Assembly (NCBI GenBank): GCA_037138815.1
Contig: JBAXHQ010000001.1
Location: forward strand, 35,407-99,406
Direction: 5' to 3'
DNA: 64,000 nt
DNA from: Candidatus Saccharimonadota bacterium
GTDB taxonomy: Bacteria; Patescibacteriota; Saccharimonadia; Saccharimonadales; Saccharimonadaceae
How positions within the stretch are numbered: the first letter of the stretch is position 1; each line of letters opens with the position of its first letter. This document shows positions 56,023 through 63,985 of the stretch, piece after piece. Made by a program: the position numbers and the translations under genes. Below the pieces are notes generated by a model that saw nothing but the letters and a program-made list of their open reading frames with translations, had not been told where the DNA came from and did no database searches.

Positions 56023-56589
56023 TCATAACAATTTATGGCTGGTTGGTTCTAGGCCGTCACGATAGAATTTGTTTATTAATTCTATAGTCTGCGGAATTAC
56101 TGACTCTTTTAATGTATCTAGTTCGTTAGCTTTGAATTTAGACAATACGAACGAGGCATCATTTATCCGACTATGGGATTCGTTTAGTATGCCTATCCTA
56201 ACGCGGGTATAATTCGGTTCGATGTGTGAATTTATAGATTTTATGCCATTATTGCCAGCATCGCTGCCTTGATTACGAACGCGAATCGTACCGAATGGTA
56301 GTGCCAGGTCATCGTGAATAACTAACAGATCACTAGATTGATTTATTTTGTAGAAATCGACGAGTTTTCGGATCGAAATTCCGGTTTCATTATAATAAGT
56401 GGCTGGCTTTACTAATAATACTTTTTCATCGCCGATGACGATTTCGGCGATTATGGCGTGGAATTTAGGTTTAGTAGCCCATTTAGCTTTTAATTGTTCG
56501 GCCATAGTATTCAATACTAAAAACCCGACATTATGACGTGATAGCGCATAATCTGGTTCGGGATTACCCTGGGCAAAGATGATTTTCAT
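56023..56589 (-). CDS. pth: Peptidyl-tRNA hydrolase
   Basis: MKIIFAQGNPEPDYALSRHNVGF matches the Pth N-terminus. 188 aa. Confidence 0.92.
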   Translation of the reverse strand: MKIIFAQGNPEPDYALSRHNVGFLVLNTMAEQLKAKWATKPKFHAIIAEIVIGDEKVLLVKPATYYNETGISIRKLVDFYKINQSSDLLVIHDDLALPFGTIRVRNQGSDAGNNGIKSINSHIEPNYTRVRIGILNESHSRINDASFVLSKFKANELDTLKESVIPQTIELINKFYRDGLEPTSHKLL

Positions 56590-57971
56590 TATTCCTCTTT
56601 TGATTTTTTAGCTAGCTTGGTTTGTTCGAGCTGCTCTTTTTCGCGGTTGGCTTTGATCTGTTTTTCGTCACGGAAACTAAATTTTATCGGGGTCCCCGTA
56701 TAATTATAGGTTTCGCGAAGTTGACGTTCTAAATAGCGTTTGTAACTCCAGTGTAGGAATTTGAGGTTAGACCCGTGAATAACAAACCATGGTGGTGTGG
56801 TATCGGTCTGGACTATGTAACGAAGTTTAGGGTGAGTGTTTTTTAGACCAGCTGGTGGGTGGGCCTGAACGCTCTTTTGGAGCATGTCGTTTAAGATTCT
56901 GGTTCTGGTTTTTTGTTCTCGCCTGGCTTCGATATCTAGGGCTAGATCGAATAGTTTAGTAACATTCTGACCAGTTACGCTACTAGTAAAAATCAGTGGT
57001 GCCCAAGGCGTGAAATCAAAAGTTCGTGAAATAGTTGGGGCTAATTCGTCGCGGGTATAGGCATCTTTGCCTTCGACACTATCCCATTTAGTAACAACGA
57101 TTGCCATGCCTTTGCCGGCTTCGTCGATAATACCAGCAATTCGTTGGTCTAATTGAGTATTCAGTTCATTAGCATCCATTAGTAAGAAACAGATGTCTGA
57201 CTCTTCTATGGCTTGTAGGGTGCGCAATACGCTGAACTTCTCGATACCAACCTCTTGTTTACCGGGTTTTCGCATGCCAGCAGTGTCGAGTAATTCAATG
57301 TCACGGGCACCATAGCGAACAGATACGCGGTTAACGTCGCGGGTTGTACCGGCGATATTGGCGACAATCGCCTGTTGTTTACCAGCTAGCGTGTTAAATA
57401 GATAGCTTTTACCAACATTTGGTCGTCCAATTAGGGCGATTCGCAAAATGTCATCTGGGATATATTCACTTTTGGCAGGGATTAGACCAACAATAGCATC
57501 CAAAGTATCGGTAATACCATAATTATGTTCGGCACTGGTACGGATGATTTCTTTGATACCCAGGCGCTTAAATTCGTCATCTGGCAGGCTGTCTTTTAGA
57601 TCGGCTTTGTTGGTTAGTAATATAACTGGTTTTTTACTTCGCAGAGCTTTTTTAGCGACGAATTTATCTTGGTCGCTGGAATATTGGCTGCTATCGACGA
57701 CTACTAGGATAATATCGGCGGCTTCGGCTGCCTCTGTTATTTGTTCTTGGATTGAGGCCTCAAAGTCATCAGATGGATCCTTTAGACCAGCGGTGTCTAC
57801 TAACCAAAAACTATGTTTTTTATACTCGACACGCCCTAGGACGTTATCACGGGTTGTTCCAGCCTCGCGGGCGACAATCGCCTGCTGCGAGCGTACCATA
57901 CGGTTAAAAAGCGAACTTTTGCCGACGTTCGCTTGACCAATAATTGCAACTGTAGGAAGTTTTGAAGCCAT
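56589..57971 (-). CDS. der: Ribosome-associated GTPase Der (EngA)
   Basis: Two tandem G domains (GQANVGKSSLFN, GRPNVGKSYLFN) plus a KH-like C-terminal domain. 1-nt overlap with pth. Confidence 0.95.
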   Translation of the reverse strand: MASKLPTVAIIGQANVGKSSLFNRMVRSQQAIVAREAGTTRDNVLGRVEYKKHSFWLVDTAGLKDPSDDFEASIQEQITEAAEAADIILVVVDSSQYSSDQDKFVAKKALRSKKPVILLTNKADLKDSLPDDEFKRLGIKEIIRTSAEHNYGITDTLDAIVGLIPAKSEYIPDDILRIALIGRPNVGKSYLFNTLAGKQQAIVANIAGTTRDVNRVSVRYGARDIELLDTAGMRKPGKQEVGIEKFSVLRTLQAIEESDICFLLMDANELNTQLDQRIAGIIDEAGKGMAIVVTKWDSVEGKDAYTRDELAPTISRTFDFTPWAPLIFTSSVTGQNVTKLFDLALDIEARREQKTRTRILNDMLQKSVQAHPPAGLKNTHPKLRYIVQTDTTPPWFVIHGSNLKFLHWSYKRYLERQLRETYNYTGTPIKFSFRDEKQIKANREKEQLEQTKLAKKSKEE

Positions 57972-58030
57972 AAACTAACGGTTATTATAACAGAGATAGG
58001 CCTAGCTTGCGAACATAACCATTATTAAAT

Positions 58031-58091
58031 GTTTTTTAGAATTAAAATAGCCGACAGGGCGCATCGATTACGATGCATCAACCTGTCGGCT
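58031..58091 (-). terminator. Compound hairpin downstream of orphan gene
   Basis: A 10-bp outer stem AGCCGACAGG/CCTGTCGGCT encloses the inner hairpin GCATCG-ATTA-CGATGC. On the - strand it is followed by ATTTTAATT...AAAAAA. Confidence 0.45.
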
Positions 58092-58118
58092 TTGGGGCTT
58101 TGGAACTAATAAAATAAT

Positions 58119-58583
58119 TTAACGATGACTACCAGAGAATATGTGGGATGGTGTTAATTTTCCCTTATTTCTCTTGTACGGAGCATATTCCCTACCGCTA
58201 CCATCAAAATGGAGCGACTTGGGAGGGTAACTTTCGAGGTAACTGCTGAATTGTGGATCGTCAGTTACGACGATCACTAGGTCAGCTAGACCCTCGTATT
58301 TATTTATCATCGCTGAGAGCGTGGCGATATCTTCGTATTCCGGTAATACACCCTCAAAAACGTTGAAATCACTACCTACTAGGTTGCATGCCACGATCGT
58401 ACCTCCATCCCGTGATGCAACACTTTTTGTGCTGAGAACGGCAATCTTTTGTTTAGTCAACGGTAAACGAATATCGTCGACCAGGCCCTTTGTCAGTTCG
58501 TGGACGGAATTTGACCCCTTTCGATTAAGATGACCATCATTACTAGAGTCACACTTTTCGATGATAATTGATCTGATAATCAT
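58119..58583 (-). CDS. Hypothetical protein (orphan)
   Basis: 154-aa ORF flanked by long non-coding regions. I recognised no family, and the SD is weak. Confidence 0.45.
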   Translation of the reverse strand: MIIRSIIIEKCDSSNDGHLNRKGSNSVHELTKGLVDDIRLPLTKQKIAVLSTKSVASRDGGTIVACNLVGSDFNVFEGVLPEYEDIATLSAMINKYEGLADLVIVVTDDPQFSSYLESYPPKSLHFDGSGREYAPYKRNKGKLTPSHIFSGSHR

Positions 58584-58624
58584 TAAAACAACACTTCACT
58601 TTCCCTCTCTTATTTATATTGTTT

Positions 58625-58678
58625 TTCGCAATATACTTCGTTAGATTAAATTATTAATCCGAGGGAGTATATTGCGAA
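58625..58678. promoter_or_regulatory. Perfect 13-bp inverted repeat in leader of orphan gene
   Basis: TTCGCAATATACT-(28 nt)-AGTATATTGCGAA. Confidence 0.5.
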
Positions 58679-58865
58679 ACATAATACATAATCAAGGCGT
58701 GTTTTTGGTATTTTATTAGTTCTTAAGTTACTTTTCATTGATTAGTCACAAGGGTTAATAAATGAAATTAAGGATATCATAGTACGAAATTTGTTATAGC
58801 GCAAGCATAACCACTATGGCTAAAAACAACAATCAATAAGGTATATTTTATTAGTAATATACCGT

Positions 58866-59561
58866 CTATAGTATACTGACAATTTCAAATTTACCCGGCT
58901 GTATATCACCCAGTGAATAATTACCGAAGTTTGTTCTATGCAATTTTATGACAGTATATCCCAGTGATCCGAAAGTGCGACGGATCTGTCGATTACGCCC
59001 TTCATGCATGGTTATAATCCAGCTCTTACGATCAGTTTCATTCATGCGCTCAAGCTGTAATTTACTTGGACCATCCTCTAATTTTATGCCATAATCGCTG
59101 ATCATCTGTTGGTGTAATGGGGCTAATTCCCTATCCAAACGAGCATTATAGATCTTGGTTTTAAAAAATTTAGGATGTGTCATCTGGTATGCAAAATCAC
59201 CATCATTAGTTAGTAGGATCAATCCACTGCTATCCCTGTCTAGACGACCAACTGGCTTTAGATGATGATATGATTCAGGTAATAATTCGTAGATAGTTGG
59301 GTTATCACCCTGTTGTTTGCGTGAACAAACATAACCAACTGGCTTGTTTAAGGCTAAATATTGGTATTTTGTAGTATTACTGACCTCTTGGTCATTAACA
59401 ATAATAATGTCGCCTTCGCTGAAACGAGCTCCGAGTTTTACTAACTCGTTATTGACTTTGACCTTTTGTTGATCAATTAGATCGTCAGCTTCACGACGAG
59501 AAATGCCTAAATTTAAGGCTAGATATTTGTTTAACCGTATCGAATCCGATTTTAATTCCAT
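58866..59561 (-). CDS. rRNA pseudouridine synthase, RsuA/RluB family
   Basis: N-terminal S4 domain (IRLNKYLALNLGISRREADDLI) and the catalytic motif GRLDRDSSGLILLTNDG. Confidence 0.85.
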   Translation of the reverse strand: MELKSDSIRLNKYLALNLGISRREADDLIDQQKVKVNNELVKLGARFSEGDIIIVNDQEVSNTTKYQYLALNKPVGYVCSRKQQGDNPTIYELLPESYHHLKPVGRLDRDSSGLILLTNDGDFAYQMTHPKFFKTKIYNARLDRELAPLHQQMISDYGIKLEDGPSKLQLERMNETDRKSWIITMHEGRNRQIRRTFGSLGYTVIKLHRTNFGNYSLGDIQPGKFEIVSIL

Positions 59562-59591
59562 CTGCTCAGTATAACAGATTATAACGCTAGA

Positions 59592-60410
59592 TTAGAACTG
59601 AGGCGGAGTTGGTGGCTGAGGGATATTAGGCATTTCGCCTAATTCCTGGTCGATGAGGGTAGCAATATCTGGTTTTGAAGTGTCTGACTGAAGAGGATTG
59701 ATAACACGATCTCCCAGAGATGCTGGAGCTGGTGACGAAAATGGCGCCGTTGGGCGTGGCATCTGTGATGGTTCTACTTTTGGAGCAAAATCCACCGGTG
59801 CTAATTGTGGCATCGCTGGTTGTACTGGCTGAGGTGGCAAGGTTGTGGTTGGAACTGGCGCAACAGTGCTAGTATTTTGGAATACTACTGGTTCTGCTGG
59901 TTGTTGCATTGGTCGAGGTGGAGGTGTAGGAATATTCATAGTTCGTGGCATGGCTGGTGCGGCTTGAGGAGCCTCGGTAGGTATAGGCGCGCTAAAAGTC
60001 GTATCTGTAGCAGCCGGAGCTGTTGGAGCGGCTAATTCTGGCTTGTCAGCTAATACCTCGTGGACGGTTCTAACGACATCTTCGATACCGACTTGGGATT
60101 TAACTAGATAACGATTAGCGCCAAGCGATTCACCACGGCCACGTTGGTCTTCGCTGCTAAGGGCGGTCATCATGATAACTTTTATATCCTTAGTTTCTGG
60201 GGTGGTACGCAATATATCTAACATGTCGAAGCCACTAATTTTTGGCATCATTACATCGCTAAGTATTAGATCAGGCCTTTCCTTAACTGCCATTGCTAAT
60301 GCTTCTTCGCCGTCACCGGCTGATGTTATTTCGTAGCCCTCTGCTGATAGCCGTACGCCGTAGATTTCGCGTAGACTCTTGTCATCTTCAACTAACATAA
60401 TTTTTGTCAT
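59592..60410 (-). CDS. Response regulator receiver domain with ~150-aa proline-rich C-terminal tail
   Basis: MTKIMLVEDD...LILSDVMMPKISGFD...YLVK, then a P/A/T/Q-rich low-complexity tail. ATG 60410 is preferred over 60422 because GGGGG lies upstream of it. Confidence 0.8.
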   Translation of the reverse strand: MTKIMLVEDDKSLREIYGVRLSAEGYEITSAGDGEEALAMAVKERPDLILSDVMMPKISGFDMLDILRTTPETKDIKVIMMTALSSEDQRGRGESLGANRYLVKSQVGIEDVVRTVHEVLADKPELAAPTAPAATDTTFSAPIPTEAPQAAPAMPRTMNIPTPPPRPMQQPAEPVVFQNTSTVAPVPTTTLPPQPVQPAMPQLAPVDFAPKVEPSQMPRPTAPFSSPAPASLGDRVINPLQSDTSKPDIATLIDQELGEMPNIPQPPTPPQF

Positions 60411-60496
60411 ATATACCCCCATTGTAACTAAGTGTAATCAAAAATGCCATACTTCTAATGTTTATTGTTGATTATTCCTGCCGTTATGTTATTTCA

Positions 60497-62218
60497 TCAA
60501 CTATTTTCTTGGGAGGCGGCATGTTGTTGTGCCAGAGCATGTTGCTTGGCGGCATAGGCTGCGATTTGTTCTCGTGTTAGGGTTTGGCTGCGGGGTACGG
60601 AACTTACCTGCTGAATTACATTCATAGACTGTTCTTTGACGGTTGCTGTGGCGATAGGTACTTTTACTTGGTTGGCTTCTTGTTGGGTTTTTATAGCCTC
60701 TTCCTCGGCCAATTGGCTGGCTTCTTGGCTGCTTATTCTGGGTAGTTCAATGAAAAACGTACTACCTTTGGTATAAACACTCTCAGCCCAGATGCGGCCA
60801 CCTATGGTCTCGGCTAGTCGTCTAGATAGGTATAATCCTAGCCCCGTACCACCGATTTCGCGCGTATCTTTGTTATCGACTCTATAAAATTTTTGGAACA
60901 AATGAGGCATATCCTCGGCAGGAATACCGACACCACTATCTTTGACACTAATAATTACATGTTCATCATCACTATCAACATCGATTGTTATGTCGCCAAA
61001 CAAAGTATATTTAATGGCGTTTTCAACTAGATTATTGACTATTTCTCGGACATGATCGTTATCTAGGTTTATATAATAGGCTGGTGCTAAGAACTTTTCG
61101 GTCGCGTTTTCGGGCATTGGTTTATAAATTAGTTTTAGACCTTTGTCGTTGGCTTTTTGTTTTAAACCTTGGACTACGTCATGTACGAAAGTGATTATAT
61201 TTACTACCTTGGGGTTATTGGATAGCCGTCCGTCCTCTGACTTAGACACGTCCAATAGATCCTGGAATAGTCGGCCTAAGTGTTCAGCCGAAGCGTGGGC
61301 CTTCATGATAAAATCGCGAGCTCGACTGTCGATTTGTGCGGTCTGCGGGTTCAGGGCTAGGCCTATATAACCCTCGATTGAAGCAACTGGTGTGCGCATC
61401 TCGTGGCTGGCTGTGCTGATAAATTCGGCTTGTTCACGTTCTTCGGCTTTTTCTTTGGTTATATCGTGAAAGACGATAATAGCGCCTGAGCCACTCTCGC
61501 CGATAGGCGAAACAACTAGTGACACCATAAGTTTTTTACCACTGTTGGTGGTTGCGACCAGATTATTGGTGCGTGTTTGTTGATTGTTATTCAGAGCTTG
61601 CTGGATTGGGTCGCTATTAACATCTAATTCTTCATCTTTTTGGTTAGTTAGCTTTAATACGGATTTGTAATTTAGTGATAAAGCATCTTTTTCGCTCCAG
61701 CCTATAATAGTTTGAGCGGCAGGATTAATTAAACGAATTACTCCGCGGTTATCGATGGCGACTACACCATCACCGATGGCATTAATGACAACTTCGGATT
61801 TATTAGCAACTTCGCTTAATTCACTGGATTTACCATGAATTGTCTTGTCGTCGCTAGCTTCGATTTTGTCTGGGTTACCGCGCCAGATTACAAAACCAAC
61901 TATTAGTGGTAAAACGCTACTTAGCGTTATCGTAATTATTTCAGGGCTAGTTAATCCGCCATTAGTTAGCTGATAGATTATTAATGCACATGGCGTTAAA
62001 ATTGCCGGTATCATACCGAATAGCCCAAAAACACTCGAGAATAAACCTATCAATGACCATAACCCGATAAAGATAGACGATACGCCGCCTGTTGTGATTG
62101 TTAGCGTTGCTATTGTGGCTGCTAGTAATAAATAGACAGCCAACGAAGCGATAAATGTGTTTTTCTTTGGTAATAAAAAGTACGATATTAGACAGACTAT
62201 AGCTGTTATCCCAGCCAA
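60497..62218 (-). CDS. Membrane sensor histidine kinase (TM + PAS + HisKA + HATPase)
   Basis: N-terminal TM helices, a PAS-like region (GDGVVAIDNRGVIRLINPAA), the H-box ASHEMRTPV, the N-box NLVENAIKY and the G-box GTGLGLYLS. The annotated TTG start probably truncates an in-frame hydrophobic extension that runs up to 62386. Confidence 0.85.
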   Translation of the reverse strand: MAGITAIVCLISYFLLPKKNTFIASLAVYLLLAATIATLTITTGGVSSIFIGLWSLIGLFSSVFGLFGMIPAILTPCALIIYQLTNGGLTSPEIITITLSSVLPLIVGFVIWRGNPDKIEASDDKTIHGKSSELSEVANKSEVVINAIGDGVVAIDNRGVIRLINPAAQTIIGWSEKDALSLNYKSVLKLTNQKDEELDVNSDPIQQALNNNQQTRTNNLVATTNSGKKLMVSLVVSPIGESGSGAIIVFHDITKEKAEEREQAEFISTASHEMRTPVASIEGYIGLALNPQTAQIDSRARDFIMKAHASAEHLGRLFQDLLDVSKSEDGRLSNNPKVVNIITFVHDVVQGLKQKANDKGLKLIYKPMPENATEKFLAPAYYINLDNDHVREIVNNLVENAIKYTLFGDITIDVDSDDEHVIISVKDSGVGIPAEDMPHLFQKFYRVDNKDTREIGGTGLGLYLSRRLAETIGGRIWAESVYTKGSTFFIELPRISSQEASQLAEEEAIKTQQEANQVKVPIATATVKEQSMNVIQQVSSVPRSQTLTREQIAAYAAKQHALAQQHAASQENS

Positions 62219-62456
62219 TATAACAGTTGGTAGGTTAATAAGTATTAATTTATTAATATCCGAGGTTATCAGTAGGTTCCAGACGTAAATTACGACTATA
62301 AAAATAGATATCAGAAAAGCAATCTCGCAAATACGGCGATGCCAAAAAATAGTTATCGTGACTGGTTTAATATTGCCCCCTATTATCTATAGTAGCCTAG
62401 TGGGTATTATGACGATTATGGTTGGTTTTTACAAGTGTGCCCTGTCGAAACGACAC

Positions 62457-62882
62457 TTAATGGTTGGGCGTATTTAATTTGTAAAGTTTTTCGGACAAGT
62501 CGTATAATTTTTGAGTGCCGTTTTCGAGTTGGTAATAATGTCGTATATAAAAAAGTTCAGTGACTAATAATATAGCTGCAATAATCAAAATTAAAATATT
62601 CAAAAGTGTGTAGCTGTATGCTACTAGAAACAAACTCGCTACTGACAACAATAATAGACAAGCGAAGAAAAGAGTCACTATCAGATGGATTAGCCGTTCA
62701 TGCTGGAAATCACGTACAACTTGGCAATGATATCTATATAGTTTGTTAATGCGTTTCTGTACTGATTCACTATCCTGATTAGTTCCGGTGGTTTTTAATT
62801 CGTTCTCGAACTTTTCAATTTCGGCTCTTACAAATTTATCATGAGCTAATAATTTTTTATCCATGAGGTTATTATATACCAC
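62457..62882 (-). CDS. Hypothetical membrane protein (2 TM)
   Basis: 141 aa with an N-terminal helical soluble part followed by two hydrophobic helices. I recognised no family. Confidence 0.5.
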   Translation of the reverse strand: MVYNNLMDKKLLAHDKFVRAEIEKFENELKTTGTNQDSESVQKRINKLYRYHCQVVRDFQHERLIHLIVTLFFACLLLLSVASLFLVAYSYTLLNILILIIAAILLVTELFYIRHYYQLENGTQKLYDLSEKLYKLNTPNH

Positions 62883-62922
62883 TAGCGCAATACATAGTTA
62901 ATCTGTTATAAAGCGAAAATGA

Positions 62923-63585
62923 TTACAGCTGAGCTACTATTTTAGCTGAATCCATGTTTATCACCTCGGCGGTTTTTGGTCTGTTTTTTTGAAATTCCTC
63001 GGCTTTTACGAAGCGATCCTTTATATAAGCTAATTGGTTTTCTTCGTATTTATTAAAATCAAGACTGCCGATAGTATAGTCACCAGTATTTTCTCCTCGA
63101 TCTGCACCACCTTTTAGCTTGTTAAGGGTGGTTTTTAATAGCTTGCCATCATCTGGAGCCTCTAATAGATTGAAAACGGATGAAATATCAACGTTACCTG
63201 ATAATATATCGTCATCTGAGCGTATATCACCGCTAATCCTTGATAAATAGACAGTTCCCTCTTTGCATAGAATAATGATGCTGGTCGGGATAGCTTCGCT
63301 AATATCCTCTTTTAGGATTGAATAAGTCCTATTTTTTGAATCGACATCTCGGAGGAAAGCATTTGGATATTTTTTGGACAGTAAATTCATTACCTCCAAA
63401 TTCTGCCTTTGAGTTTCAGTTAATTCAGTTTTAACCTCTAATTCCGGAGTAGTATTATCGACTACTAGTTCAAGGTGCCTCTCGGTTGGGTCGGGTGCTG
63501 GAGGTAACTCGTTCGATAAATTTGGGTTAATACTAGATTCTGGGTTTGGCTGTGGCTGTTGAAATTCGTGAGGTTGATTTTCCAT
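62923..63585 (-). CDS. Hypothetical protein
   Basis: 220 aa with a P/Q/N-rich N-terminus. I recognised no family. Confidence 0.5.
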   Translation of the reverse strand: MENQPHEFQQPQPNPESSINPNLSNELPPAPDPTERHLELVVDNTTPELEVKTELTETQRQNLEVMNLLSKKYPNAFLRDVDSKNRTYSILKEDISEAIPTSIIILCKEGTVYLSRISGDIRSDDDILSGNVDISSVFNLLEAPDDGKLLKTTLNKLKGGADRGENTGDYTIGSLDFNKYEENQLAYIKDRFVKAEEFQKNRPKTAEVINMDSAKIVAQL

Positions 63586-63666
63586 TTTTTATCCTTTTTT
63601 GTTTTGGATTATGTATTGATTTTAGTTTAGTCGTAAGTATGAAGGAATGTCAAATGTTGATTATAA

Positions 63667-63704
63667 TACCAAAATAAAATACCCATCACTAGGATGAGTA
63701 TTTT
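63667..63704 (-). terminator. Intrinsic terminator after tRNA-Glu
   Basis: The - strand reads AAATACTCATC-CTAGT-GATGGGTATTT (one mismatch) followed by TATTTTGG. Confidence 0.55.
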
Positions 63705-63708
63705 ATTC

Positions 63709-63783
63709 TGGTGATCGTACCGGGAATTGAACCCGGATTGCCAGGATGAGAACCTGGTGTCCTAACCTTTAGACGATACGACC
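63709..63783 (-). tRNA. tRNA-Glu (anticodon CUC), CCA encoded
   Basis: Hand-folded cloverleaf: acceptor GGTCGTA/TACGATC, D-arm GTCT-AAAGGTTA-GGAC, anticodon arm CCAGG-TTCTCAT-CCTGG, variable CAAT, T-arm CCGGG-TTCAATT-CCCGG, discriminator A, then CCA. Confidence 0.9.
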
Positions 63784-63926
63784 ATAGGTATATTGTACTT
63801 TGTTTGGGGTTTAATTCCTTGTAGGGAATTGGTCACCTGTCATTTTCTTTGAAAATGCAGTCGACCCCGCCTCAGTCGGTGACGTTCGTCATCCGGCTTC
63901 CGGCCTTGCGACCCGCCGACGTGGCG
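63784..63926 (-). ncRNA. GC-rich, helix-dense spacer RNA between the two tRNA-Glu units (unclassified)
   Basis: It is clearly more GC-rich than neighbouring intergenic DNA. At least five hairpins and one enclosing helix are readable by eye (see findings). Confidence 0.35.
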
Positions 63927-63985
63927 GGTCTCACCCGGATTGCCAGGATGAGAACCTGGTGTCCTAACCTTTAGACGATGAGACC
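63927..63985 (-). pseudogene. tRNA-Glu(CUC)-like unit lacking T-loop and 3' T-stem
   Basis: A 47-nt perfect match to the intact tRNA (63933-63979 = 63731-63777). It has its own fully paired acceptor stem GGTCTCA/TGAGACC, exactly 12 nt of the T-arm are missing, and there is no CCA. Confidence 0.6.

Noticed and set aside
59805-60035. A 76-aa + strand ORF rich in W/R/C/G.
   Set aside because: It is an antisense shadow of the proline-rich (CCN-rich) tail of the response regulator.
63784-63926. The GC-rich spacer might be a 5S rRNA, 4.5S/SRP RNA, tmRNA or RNase P fragment.
   Set aside because: It has no CCGAAC...GAAGTGAAAC type 5S motif. It lacks the SRP helix-8 pattern (GGAA tetraloop with an AGCAGC 3' strand); CCGGAAGCCGG only superficially resembles it. 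There is no tmRNA T-arm/CCA end or tag frame. At about 140 nt it is far too short for RNase P. It therefore stays unclassified.
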